IMG/VR virus record: IMGVR_UViG_3300010383_000113
Span: 1 to 37,829 of that record
Reading direction: 5' to 3' (one strand)
Origin: a virus
Taxonomy: Duplodnaviria > Heunggongvirae > Uroviricota > Caudoviricetes
Length of the DNA stretch: 37,829 nucleotides
Shown: positions 8,420 through 16,193 of the stretch, in pieces
Position numbering within the stretch: the stretch's first letter is position 1
Layout: each line of letters begins with the position of its first letter
The notes under the pieces: generated by a model
Told to the model about the DNA's origin: nothing
Database searches by the model: none
What the model saw: the letters and a program-made list of their open reading frames with translations, nothing else
Position numbers and translations under genes: made by a program

Positions 8420-9450
8420 GTTTTGATCTCCTTATGTAGGGTGAAGGTGGTTCTAAAGGAAAGGTAGGATAAAAACCTCAAGTCTTCTGGCCTGGCGTGT
8501 TGTGAAATCCGTTTTCCTGATACGAGATCGTGCAGGCTCACTCGGCCTTTCGAAGATCCGCCGACGAACGTTAGGCCGTGTTTTGGGTGTTCGACCAGAC
8601 TCCCTCGGTTGAATCCTAAACTACGTGTTCCGCCTTGTCGCCTTCGGAAGCCTCCTTTGGTTGGTTGTAATAGATGAAGTTGACGACGAGCATAATCAAA
8701 AGGTGTGGCTAACAACACTCCAATGAAATCGGGCTTGAAATGTCCGCCGACGATTGAGTTCGCCATCACCCAGGAATCGACGCAGTGGGCATGGAAGTCG
8801 TTGGACAGCTTGGCATTGATCTTCGTCAGGCCGTGTAGAGATCGTAGTTCGGCCGTCCTCTCACCTTCGACGAGCGTCAGGGCGGCGAACTTCTCCACTT
8901 CGGCATAGAGCCACTGCTTGCCGACCTGGAGAGGGCTGAAGGATTTGTTCCAGCGATATTTTCCTTTCTTCGTCTCGGCTTTAACGTCCTCGACGACGAC
9001 GTGCTTGATAGGATACATTTTGCAAAGCCAGTTCAGGACCCGCAACTTCCATTGCCAGCGAGCTTTGGTGGAAGGCGGGATTCGTCCTTCGGGGGCCGCT
9101 CGATTGAGTCTGCACTTGCGATAAGGAGTCTTTCGAGATCGCCTAGTTCTTCGCATGTTACGTCGAACTTCCATCTTCTCCTCGACGCCCGTACGGGCAT
9201 CGGCCTGGATGTTGAGGAAGGTCTTGTGACGTGACTTGACGGTGAATCCTTCCTTCTTCGATCCGGGATCGACGCCGACGACGACTGCCTGAGTGACGCG
9301 GGCCGAGGGCTCGACGTTGAGCCGGACACAGAACACGCCGTGCTTCCAGAACGGCGTCGCCTTGTCGGACTTGATCCAGGACGCAGCCCGGTTGGGTGTC
9401 GTGGGCATGAGCGGTTGTTGGTTTTGGTCAACGACGGGAACGCTGAGCAT
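8416..9450 (-). CDS. isrB: IsrB, OMEGA RNA-guided nickase (PLMP/RRXRR, split RuvC, no HNH)
   Basis: 344 aa; QPLMPT, RuvC-I VGVDPGSK, Arg-rich bridge helix RRNMRRTRRSRK, RuvC-II VVVEDVK, RuvC-III HAHCVDS; no HNH insert. Confidence 0.9.
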   Translation of the reverse strand: MLSVPVVDQNQQPLMPTTPNRAASWIKSDKATPFWKHGVFCVRLNVEPSARVTQAVVVGVDPGSKKEGFTVKSRHKTFLNIQADARTGVEEKMEVRRNMRRTRRSRKTPYRKCRLNRAAPEGRIPPSTKARWQWKLRVLNWLCKMYPIKHVVVEDVKAETKKGKYRWNKSFSPLQVGKQWLYAEVEKFAALTLVEGERTAELRSLHGLTKINAKLSNDFHAHCVDSWVMANSIVGGHFKPDFIGVLLATPFDYARRQLHLLQPTKGGFRRRQGGTRSLGFNRGSLVEHPKHGLTFVGGSSKGRVSLHDLVSGKRISQHARPEDLRFLSYLSFRTTFTLHKEIKT

Positions 9451-9661
9451 GGGCGGTAAGCCCTCCTGTGTACATCCCTTCGACGCTGGCGACCCGAGAG
9501 GAAGAAGACTAGGGAGGCATCCTCTACGTCGTTCGGCCTACCACGGCCAGGTCGCTAACTGGCGGTTCGAAACCGCCTCGTCTAGTCGCGTTTTAACTTG
9601 CTTCGGACGGCGGTCGGGCTTCCGTCTTGACAAGCCCCTTCCTTCAGGATGGGGTTATGAC
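8416..9661 (-). mobile_element. IS200/IS605-superfamily isrB element (omegaRNA + isrB), no tnpA
   Basis: End-like GTCATAACCCCATCCTGAAGGAAGGGGCTTG at the omegaRNA 5' end; more AT-rich than flanks; 3' boundary uncertain. Confidence 0.7.
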
Positions 9662-9681
9662 TCCGTTCGCGGTAGCAGGGA
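9451..9681 (-). ncRNA. omegaRNA (HEARO-like): scaffold about 9661-9451 plus 5' guide about 9681-9662
   Basis: Structured leader directly upstream of isrB with typical blocks ACCCC..CCTGAAGG..GGGGCTTG, GACTAG, GGATGCCTCCCTAGTC..CTCT, GTCGAAGGGA; internal hairpin GGCGGTTTCGAACCGCC. Confidence 0.8.
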
Positions 9682-9892
9682 GGGTCAACTCTTCAAGATG
9701 CTGCATCGCAGTGAAGTCGTCGGCTTCGACAACGGCCTTGGCCAATCTTCCAAGTCGTTCCGCCGGGAAGCCCTTCTTCTCCAGAAGCCAGATCAAATCA
9801 CCCATCACCATGTGGCGGCATACCTGGGGATAAGGGAAGTTGAGTAGGCCCTTGATGAGTTCGAAGATGTCGTCTTGGGTGATCGGTGTCAT
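9644..9892 (-). CDS. Hypothetical protein; last codons lie inside the IS end
   Basis: 82 aa; RBS supplied by the motif copy at 9899. Confidence 0.7.
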   Translation of the reverse strand: MTPITQDDIFELIKGLLNFPYPQVCRHMVMGDLIWLLEKKGFPAERLGRLAKAVVEADDFTAMQHLEELTLPATANGVITPS

Positions 9893-10098
9893 CGCCCTCC
9901 CTGCTCCTCTTTTGGATGTCCAATATGGTAGGCCTGGCAGATTTCGCAGCGGTACGCCTTCATCCCCTCTGGACTCTTCCAGGTGTTGTGGCTCCAGTGG
10001 AGCGTCTCAATCGCCAACTGGGCCTCGACCATGGAGTAGTAACGACGCTTCGCCCTGAAACACTGGCGGACCGGCTTGAGTCTGAGCTTGAATCCCAC
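9889..10098 (-). CDS. Small basic zinc-finger-like protein
   Basis: AYRCEICQAYHIGH. Confidence 0.7.
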   Translation of the reverse strand: MGFKLRLKPVRQCFRAKRRYYSMVEAQLAIETLHWSHNTWKSPEGMKAYRCEICQAYHIGHPKEEQGGR

Positions 10099-10130
10099 GA
10101 GAGCCTCCTATCAATCAAGGTGATCGAGAT

Positions 10131-10159
10131 ATGATAGAGGACCCTCGTGGAAAGATCAA
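10131..10159 (-). promoter_or_regulatory. Sigma70-type promoter
   Basis: Minus strand TTGATC-N17-TATCAT in an intergenic gap. Confidence 0.6.
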
Positions 10160-10182
10160 GCGACTTCGTCGGTAGCAGGGAG

Positions 10183-10452
10183 TCAGCACAAAAGGCCCGT
10201 AGTCACCACGAGGTCGAACAGGCGGCCTTCGAGGGGAAGGCTGACCTCCTCATGGCGGAAGCTGCCGTCTTCGTTGTAGAAGAAATCACTGATCGCGTCG
10301 GCGACCTCGTCGTCGGTCTGCATCGAGTTGATGAAATGGTAGTTCCAGGAGTGGAGACGGTCGGCCGTGGCCTTGTCGACGACCAACTCGTAGAAACGGA
10401 TCGATTCGGGGACTTCCTGGAAGATGACGAAGACCTTGAGCGTTTCGGTCAT
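10183..10452 (-). CDS. Hypothetical acidic protein
   Basis: MTETLKVFVIF...; AGGAG RBS. Confidence 0.7.
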   Translation of the reverse strand: MTETLKVFVIFQEVPESIRFYELVVDKATADRLHSWNYHFINSMQTDDEVADAISDFFYNEDGSFRHEEVSLPLEGRLFDLVVTTGLLC

Positions 10453-10460
10453 GGGGGCTC

Positions 10461-11003
10461 CTAGAGAATCCTGGGGTTTCGCAGGTTGGTTCCACACCAT
10501 GGGCAAAATGAGATTTCGACGGCCGACTGGCCGCCGTCATGGACGATCAGGCCGTAGGTCCCGCTGTTGGGCCAGTAGACCACCAATTTGTCAGGACAGT
10601 CGTATGGACTCTCGTGCTGGTCGCAGGTGTGCTGGAGGTTGGACCTCATGCGGTCGCAGCAGATGTGCTCGCTGGGATGCGGCCGTGGTTCGTCGACTGC
10701 CTCTTTCTTGACGCCCGAACGAACAACCTCTATGACATCTGCCACACGGCGGAAGTCCGGATATTTGTTCTGATTGTACTTCAAGAATCGTTCGACATTC
10801 TTGCCGATCGGCGAGTGAGGGCTGGCTACCATGACGACCTGAACATTTTCGTCGTCTGCGGTTTTCCAGACGGGGACGGACTCCCATCTCTTATCAGCCA
10901 GAATCTCCGAGTAGAACGCCAGGCGATAGTCGTCGACGTTATCGGCCAACACCCCCTGCTCCTCTTCTGAGGATTGAGAATTATCGACGTAGTTGGAAGC
11001 CAT
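10461..11003 (-). CDS. Hypothetical protein with Cys-rich C-terminal domain (DUF6980-like)
   Basis: Likely start MASNYVD coupled to the parB stop; CCDRM..CDQH..DCPD..YGLIVHDGG..ISFCPWCG. Confidence 0.7.
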   Translation of the reverse strand: MASNYVDNSQSSEEEQGVLADNVDDYRLAFYSEILADKRWESVPVWKTADDENVQVVMVASPHSPIGKNVERFLKYNQNKYPDFRRVADVIEVVRSGVKKEAVDEPRPHPSEHICCDRMRSNLQHTCDQHESPYDCPDKLVVYWPNSGTYGLIVHDGGQSAVEISFCPWCGTNLRNPRIL

Positions 11004-11914
11004 CAGGCCATCGCCTCCTTGAGCGAATCCATGTCCATATTGACGAACAGGAGGCCGTACTCGTTCCAGAGTCGTTCGACCTCGTCGTCGTTCACGGTGC
11101 CGTCGAGGTAGTCGAGCAGCAACGCGGCCATGTTCGACGCAACCTCTCCCTCCTGGGACATCTTCTTGAGGAAGTCCTTGAGTTGCTTGATGCCCCGCCT
11201 GACGGAGGCCCCACGCTCGCGACGTTCCTCGCGGACCGAATCGGCGGTGACGGGGCCGCCCTCCTCGCGGAGGCTCTCGAAGACCTCGACCTGGGCCTCC
11301 TCGTCGCCCACCTTGGTGAGTTCGAGGGCCGTGCTGACGGCGATCTCGCCGGAGTCGACGCTCTGTCGGATCGGGTCGGGCAGGCTGAGGAGGTCGAGGT
11401 GCCGGTAGCACCAGGAGACGTTCTGGTTGAACTGGTGGGCGATCTTGGCGATCGAGAAGCCCATGTCCTCGTGGAGCCGCCGGATGGCGTGGGCGATCTG
11501 GACGGGCTTGGGCTGGAGCCGGTGGAGGTTCTCGGCGACGTTGCAGAGGGCCGCCTCCGCCCGGTTCATCTTGGTCGTGACGCACTTGATCTTGAAGTCG
11601 GGGCAGGTGCCCGACTCGATCAGCCAGATGGCCGCCTTGAGCCGCCGATTGCCGATGGCCACCTGGTAGCGACCCTTGTCGACGTTGCGGACCAGGATCG
11701 GCTGGAGCTGGCCGACCGACCCCTGGTTCTCGTCGTCGGCCTCCGACCGGGGCCGCATGCTCATGGCGAGGGCGATCAGCTCGTCGTCGACCTCCAGCTT
11801 CTCGCCGAATCGGGAGAGGTTCTCCTCGTCGTCGAACAGGATGGCCCTGGGGTCGACCAGGAACATGTTGTGACGCTCGACCTCGTAATCATTCCACGTC
11901 GTGGGGCTTGCCAT
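11003..11914 (-). CDS. ParB/RepB/Spo0J family protein
   Basis: GQLQPILVR, QVAIGNRRLKAA (GxRR CTP-binding motif), AENLHR, then HTH-like SIAKIAHQFNQNVSWCYRHLDLL. Confidence 0.88.
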   Translation of the reverse strand: MASPTTWNDYEVERHNMFLVDPRAILFDDEENLSRFGEKLEVDDELIALAMSMRPRSEADDENQGSVGQLQPILVRNVDKGRYQVAIGNRRLKAAIWLIESGTCPDFKIKCVTTKMNRAEAALCNVAENLHRLQPKPVQIAHAIRRLHEDMGFSIAKIAHQFNQNVSWCYRHLDLLSLPDPIRQSVDSGEIAVSTALELTKVGDEEAQVEVFESLREEGGPVTADSVREERRERGASVRRGIKQLKDFLKKMSQEGEVASNMAALLLDYLDGTVNDDEVERLWNEYGLLFVNMDMDSLKEAMA

Positions 11915-11921
11915 GGGTGTC

Positions 11922-12044
11922 TCAGTAGGGCTTGTGATAGTTGGTGAAGAGGCTGACGTAGTCGGCGATCTGGACGGGCCAGGTGATGATGGCGTAGAGC
12001 CAGAAGAACCAGAAGATGAGGGAGAGGCCCTGCACGGTCGACAT
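11922..12044 (-). CDS. Small membrane protein
   Basis: Own translation MSTVQGLSLIFWFFWLYAIITWPVQIADYVSLFTNYHKPY. Confidence 0.5.
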   Translation of the reverse strand: MSTVQGLSLIFWFFWLYAIITWPVQIADYVSLFTNYHKPY

Positions 12045-12083
12045 GGGCTGATCTTTACCTTGAGCCATATTAAGCCTCGTGGT

Positions 12084-12113
12084 GAAAGAAGGGGCCCGAC
12101 GCGAGGCCGGGCC
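12084..12113 (-). terminator. Probable intrinsic terminator
   Basis: GGCCCG-N9-CGGGCC stem followed by CCTTCTTTC after ORF 12120-12374. Confidence 0.45.
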
Positions 12114-12119
12114 GATCGG

Positions 12120-12374
12120 TCAGAGAAGAATGGGGAAGTTCGGTCGGATGCCGGACGACTGGCTCACCACCTTGCGGTAGTTGCCGGTGCCGTCGTCGAC
12201 GAGGACGATCGTGCAGTTCTTCTTGTGGTTCTGGGCGACGATTCGGTCGGGGAACAGGTGGTTGCCGTAGACGTGCAGTCGGGCGTATTCCTCGACGTTC
12301 TGTACGCCGTAATAGTCGATGGCCCAGAAGCGGTCGGCGGGGTCGTCCAGGTCCATGGTGTCGGGCGTCGACAT
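12120..12374 (-). CDS. Hypothetical protein
   Basis: 84 aa; AGGAG RBS. Confidence 0.7.
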   Translation of the reverse strand: MSTPDTMDLDDPADRFWAIDYYGVQNVEEYARLHVYGNHLFPDRIVAQNHKKNCTIVLVDDGTGNYRKVVSQSSGIRPNFPILL

Positions 12375-12408
12375 CGGCTGTCTCCTGTGCGAGATGCTCT
12401 GGCCACGC

Positions 12409-12831
12409 TCATGCTCCGCCGAGGGGGACGAGTCTGAGACTCGCAGAGATGACCCCCTGGTCGGAAACGAACCACCCTTCGGCCTTCTCGGTGAGGGGGA
12501 AGGTGAGTCGTTGTCGACATCCTACAGTACGGATGTTCAGTGAACAAGGGTGCGTGGTGGGATTCTGATCGATAAAGATGGCGGCGTGGCAGGAACCCTT
12601 TTGGGCCTCGATCTCTACGACTTCCGGAGGGATTCCGTTCTCTTCGAGAGTTCTTAGGACATGCTGGCGGGCCACCGCGTCGGCCGAGCCCGGCGTCCGG
12701 CTCCAAACGGTCAGGTGGACGCCCTTCTCGTCGATTCGGATGTTTCGGCCCAGACGATATGGATGATTGCTTCGGACGATGAAGTCGGGCTGGAGCATCA
12801 AGCGGCGGACCAGCGTGTCGAAAGGCTTCAA
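12409..12831 (-). CDS. Hypothetical protein
   Basis: 140 aa ORF. Confidence 0.6.
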   Translation of the reverse strand: MKPFDTLVRRLMLQPDFIVRSNHPYRLGRNIRIDEKGVHLTVWSRTPGSADAVARQHVLRTLEENGIPPEVVEIEAQKGSCHAAIFIDQNPTTHPCSLNIRTVGCRQRLTFPLTEKAEGWFVSDQGVISASLRLVPLGGA

Positions 12832-13097
12832 GGCTTCTTCTCCTTGAGTTTGGCCACCTTCGCGTCGTGGCCGATCAGTTTCGTCGCCTTCACCTCGAAC
12901 TTCGTCGTCAGGTCGGGCTTGCCGCCCGGGAGGGGCTCCGTCACCCAGACTTTTTCGACATAGGCCGACGCGACCAGCTCACACCCCATCAGCGTCGTCA
13001 GGCTGATCAGCAGGAGGCCGCTTGCGACAAGCCTCGAACTGAAGGCAGCCGCCGTTGTAGTTCTCGCCGTAGAATCCGACCGTGATATCCGTTTCAT
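12828..13097 (-). CDS. Possible lipoprotein (start uncertain)
   Basis: Hydrophobic stretch ending LMGC (lipobox-like); overlaps upstream ORF. Confidence 0.45.
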   Translation of the reverse strand: MKRISRSDSTARTTTAAAFSSRLVASGLLLISLTTLMGCELVASAYVEKVWVTEPLPGGKPDLTTKFEVKATKLIGHDAKVAKLKEKKP

Positions 13098-13326
13098 CCT
13101 TGAAGCAGCTCCGCACTAGTTGCTTGAACTCGTAGTGGAGTTGGGAGTAGTCGAAGAAGTCGTGCTCGATCATGTAGGTGTCGGCGTAGGCGTTGCAGAC
13201 GGTGGCGTAGTCCTCGCTCCACTCGTCGACGCACTGCGGGGCGATGTCGGGGTAGCGAATGCCGCCAACACCCTCGTTGCGAAGGTGTTTGACTAGGGCC
13301 TTCATCTTCTCTGCGATATTGATCAC
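12979..13326 (-). CDS. Hypothetical protein
   Basis: GTGA-coupled start MINIAEKMKALV. Confidence 0.65.
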   Translation of the reverse strand: MINIAEKMKALVKHLRNEGVGGIRYPDIAPQCVDEWSEDYATVCNAYADTYMIEHDFFDYSQLHYEFKQLVRSCFKDETDITVGFYGENYNGGCLQFEACRKRPPADQPDDADGV

Positions 13327-13661
13327 GGCTGGAGCTTCCCCTTGATGAAGTCGGCGATCTCGAAGATGTCTTGGTGGGTGATGCAACGCTCGATTTCGTC
13401 GCCGTCCTCATCTACCTCATGAAGAACTCGCACGAAATATTGCGTCTTGGCGTGATTGCCCGTGATGCTGGCGATTTGTTCGCCGAGTTTGAAGACCTGA
13501 TAGCCGTTGTTAGAGCCCTCTGAGAACACCAGGCCGTCGCGGACCTGCCTGATGTACTCTTTGATCCTGGTTAGCGAATATGGGATCGCTGTCTTGTCCG
13601 TGTGACGTCGGAGTTCCTCGTCGACGACGGCTTGAATCTGATTTAGGACGACGATGGACAT
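13323..13661 (-). CDS. Hypothetical protein
   Basis: 112 aa ORF. Confidence 0.7.
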   Translation of the reverse strand: MSIVVLNQIQAVVDEELRRHTDKTAIPYSLTRIKEYIRQVRDGLVFSEGSNNGYQVFKLGEQIASITGNHAKTQYFVRVLHEVDEDGDEIERCITHQDIFEIADFIKGKLQP

Positions 13662-13662
13662 C

Positions 13663-14052
13663 TCAGAGGCCTTTCCAGAAGTAGAGTGCGACGACGGCCA
13701 GGGCGAAGGTGACGATGGAGGAAGGTTCGGGCACGGCCGTTTGCGGGCCTGGCGGCCCGCCGGGAGTAGCAGGGAGGGGCAATCCCACGATCGGCGTCGT
13801 GATCTGCGGGCAACTCGGCAGTTCGCCCACCTCCTGCTCCTCTTCTCGCGAAGCGAGGATCATGGCGGCGACGTTGGGATGATAGGACGTGAACCTATCG
13901 GGGTTGATCTCGAATCGCTGTTCGAGCATCTGCCAGATCGGCGTGTCGGGCAGGTCGCCCTCGTGGAGTTTCTGATAGACCTGGCTGCGGAAGAGGCCGG
14001 CGGCGTGCTCGACTTCCCATTTGGAGGGCGGAAGCGTGAAGGTGAAACCCAA
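13663..14052 (-). CDS. PEP-CTERM sorting-domain protein
   Basis: C-terminus AVPEPSSIVTFALAVVALYFWKGL after a Pro/Gly linker. Confidence 0.8.
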   Translation of the reverse strand: MGFTFTLPPSKWEVEHAAGLFRSQVYQKLHEGDLPDTPIWQMLEQRFEINPDRFTSYHPNVAAMILASREEEQEVGELPSCPQITTPIVGLPLPATPGGPPGPQTAVPEPSSIVTFALAVVALYFWKGL

Positions 14053-14127
14053 GGGGCGGTCCTCAATACCAAAGGCTGCGGCGGTTCTCGACGATCTTCT
14101 GGAGGATCACGATCAGTTCGTCGTCGC

Positions 14128-14394
14128 TCATGCCACCCCCTGCTCCGTGTTCATGATGAATTGCAGCCGGACGGTCGAGGTGTCGTCCCTCACGTCCTTC
14201 ACCTTGATGATATAGGACGAGCCGAACATCGTCGGGCTCAGGTGTTCGCGGATGGCCCGGGGGATGGCCTTCACGTCGGCCTCGCCCTCGAAGGGCACCT
14301 CCAACAACTGGGTCAGGATGCCGTTGTGGAAGTCGGCCTCGGCGGTGACGCGGCGGCCCCAGTGCAGCACGTTCTTCGACTTGGTGGCGACCAT
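14128..14394 (-). CDS. Hypothetical protein
   Basis: 88 aa; GAGGAG RBS. Confidence 0.7.
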   Translation of the reverse strand: MVATKSKNVLHWGRRVTAEADFHNGILTQLLEVPFEGEADVKAIPRAIREHLSPTMFGSSYIIKVKDVRDDTSTVRLQFIMNTEQGVA

Positions 14395-14398
14395 GATC

Positions 14399-14572
14399 TC
14401 ACTCCTCGTTCTGGGTCATTTGCTCGAACGTCTTGCGAAGCATCTCGTCGGTGATCCGACTGTTGGGGTTGCGGGCCCTCCAGTGGGCGACGGCCGCATT
14501 CCTCAACCCCCTGCTCCACTTCCTGAGTTCTTCCGGCCTGATCGAGATGGTCTTGTTGTTGGCGTTCAGATC
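14399..14572 (-). CDS. Open frame without a canonical 5' start (CTG start or +1 frameshift extension)
   Basis: DLNANNKTISIRPEELRKWSRGLRNAAVAHWRARNPNSRITDEMLRKTFEQMTQNEE fills the gap exactly. Confidence 0.45.
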   Translation of the reverse strand, partial: DLNANNKTISIRPEELRKWSRGLRNAAVAHWRARNPNSRITDEMLRKTFEQMTQNEE

Positions 14573-14738
14573 AAAGCTCCATCTTGGGGCCGGGCTTGAC
14601 GTCGCCGCGTTCGTCGACGATCAAGTAGCCCTCGTGGATCAGGCAGTTGACGATGGTGCGTTCCGTCGGGGTCAGCCTGACGAAAGGCAGCCCTGTCAGA
14701 TGATAGGACACCAGCCGGACGATCTCTTCGGGTATCAT
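14571..14738 (-). CDS. Small hypothetical protein
   Basis: Own translation MIPEEIVRLVSYHLTGLPFVRLTPTERTIVNCLIHEGYLIVDERGDVKPGPKMEL; ATGA-coupled to the sigma gene. Confidence 0.65.
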   Translation of the reverse strand: MIPEEIVRLVSYHLTGLPFVRLTPTERTIVNCLIHEGYLIVDERGDVKPGPKMEL

Positions 14739-15319
14739 GCCGCGACCATCTCCCTTCGAATGCGTTCTTCGGAGCTACGCTGGATCTGACGAACTCGTTC
14801 CTTGGAGATGCCCCTGATCTTCGCGATGCCCTCCAGGGTGCGGTATTTGAAGTATCTGTCGTACAGGATGCGTCTCTCGTGCTTCTTGAGTCGTTTCAAG
14901 ATCATCGCCACCCTCTGGCGGTTCATCAGGCGGTCGATCCCTTTGTCCTCGACGCCTTCTTCTCTGGTCGGGGGCGACTTCATGATCTTGTTGGCCTGGC
15001 GTCGCCTCTGAAGTTCCGTCGCGACGTCCTGGTAGACGATCCTCCAGGCGTACGTCATGAACTTGCAGCCCCTCGTGTGGTCGAAGAACTTCTTGGCACG
15101 AAGCAGGGCCATCATGGCGATCTGGCACATGTCGTCGTCCCAATGGGGATTGACGCCGAGATCCCTCATGATCCGGAAAGTCATGGGCTCGTACTGAAAA
15201 ACGTCGATGTCCGGCCCGGGAACGGGAGCAGGGAGGGTGATGGGGGTCGACGTCACGAACGAAGGGTGGGCCGGATCCGGCGGTTCGTAGATCAGGAAGA
15301 TGTGTGATGCAAAACTCAA
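14735..15319 (-). CDS. Sigma-70 family RNA polymerase sigma factor (regions 2 and 4)
   Basis: MALLRAKKFFDHTRGCKFMTYAWRIV (region 2), RTLEGIAKIRGISKERVRQIQRSSEERIR (region 4.2); start uncertain. Confidence 0.9.
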   Translation of the reverse strand: MSFASHIFLIYEPPDPAHPSFVTSTPITLPAPVPGPDIDVFQYEPMTFRIMRDLGVNPHWDDDMCQIAMMALLRAKKFFDHTRGCKFMTYAWRIVYQDVATELQRRRQANKIMKSPPTREEGVEDKGIDRLMNRQRVAMILKRLKKHERRILYDRYFKYRTLEGIAKIRGISKERVRQIQRSSEERIRREMVAA

Positions 15320-15342
15320 AGAAGTTCCTCCTGGTTAGGACT

Positions 15343-15555
15343 TCAGGCCCCGATCAACTTCTTGCAGATCCCATCAATCTGGTTGGCGTGTTCATGGGTC
15401 GAAGACTGAAAGTATCCCCAGTCGTCGTCGGTGGCGTCCTCGGCCAGCCTTCGGATGACGTCGGCCAGATGCCGGATCGTCTGAATGTCGCGTCGAGTCT
15501 CCTGCTCGATCGCCGAGAGGTCCTTCAGGATGCCGAACGGCCTGTCATGACTCAT
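15343..15555 (-). CDS. Hypothetical protein
   Basis: MSHDRPFG...; GAGG RBS. Confidence 0.6.
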   Translation of the reverse strand: MSHDRPFGILKDLSAIEQETRRDIQTIRHLADVIRRLAEDATDDDWGYFQSSTHEHANQIDGICKKLIGA

Positions 15556-15913
15556 CGTCTTCCTCATTTCGCAATTGCAGCAACTCAAGGGCTTCGACGC
15601 ACTCGACCAGCATCTCGCCGATCTCGTCGGCCGACATCTCTCGGCTCACCTCCATGCCGCGTCCGAGGTATTTGTACCAGCGGACCTCCAGGGTGCCCCA
15701 CTTGAAATTGGGTACGTCGTCGGAATCGTCGTCCCAGTCGAAGGCCTTCACGGAGAAAGCGTCGCACGAGAATCGATTGCCCGTGTTCGCGAAGGGGCTC
15801 GGGTATTCGCCGAAAGACTGCCCGGCGGCGTCACTCGAACACGACATGAGCCGACAAAGCTTTCTGTCGATCATCTGAAGGGCGGCGAGGAGCAGGAGGT
15901 CGTTCATGGCCAC
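15545..15913 (-). CDS. Hypothetical protein
   Basis: 122 aa; PNFKW..VRWYKYLGRGM. Confidence 0.75.
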   Translation of the reverse strand: MAMNDLLLLAALQMIDRKLCRLMSCSSDAAGQSFGEYPSPFANTGNRFSCDAFSVKAFDWDDDSDDVPNFKWGTLEVRWYKYLGRGMEVSREMSADEIGEMLVECVEALELLQLRNEEDDES

Positions 15914-16193
15914 ACTCTTCCATCAAAATTCGAAGCCGGGCCTGGTAGATCTCCATGTCACGCTGTATCTGCTCTTTGAAAGCCACGACGCCTCGCTCAC
16001 GAAGTTCTTTGCGGAGTCTCGTCTCCAACGCAAGGGCTGAGTTGCATGCCTTGCAATAGTGGTTGAAGGTCGTCTTTGAGGACTTTCGACGATCGAATTC
16101 CTCGCGAGGCTTCGTCTCCGCACATCGCGTGCAGCGAAGTTCCAGAGGGCAGTCGTCCGGAACCGGGAGGCCTTCGAGTTTACGTCCGGCCAT
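15831..16193 (-). CDS. Zinc-finger protein
   Basis: RCTRCAETKPREEF...YCKAC, like the N-terminal Zn finger of phage HNH/EndoVII proteins, without an evident nuclease domain. Confidence 0.65.
   Translation of the reverse strand: MAGRKLEGLPVPDDCPLELRCTRCAETKPREEFDRRKSSKTTFNHYCKACNSALALETRLRKELRERGVVAFKEQIQRDMEIYQARLRILMEECGHERPPAPRRPSDDRQKALSAHVVFE

Noticed and set aside
8416-9450. IscB, Cas9 or TnpB call
   Set aside because: A PLMP domain, 344 aa length and no HNH or Zn finger between RuvC-II and RuvC-III fit IsrB.
10461-11585. 374-aa ORF as listed in the track
   Set aside because: Its N-terminal half is an Arg/Pro-rich off-frame overlap of parB. The likely start is at 11003.
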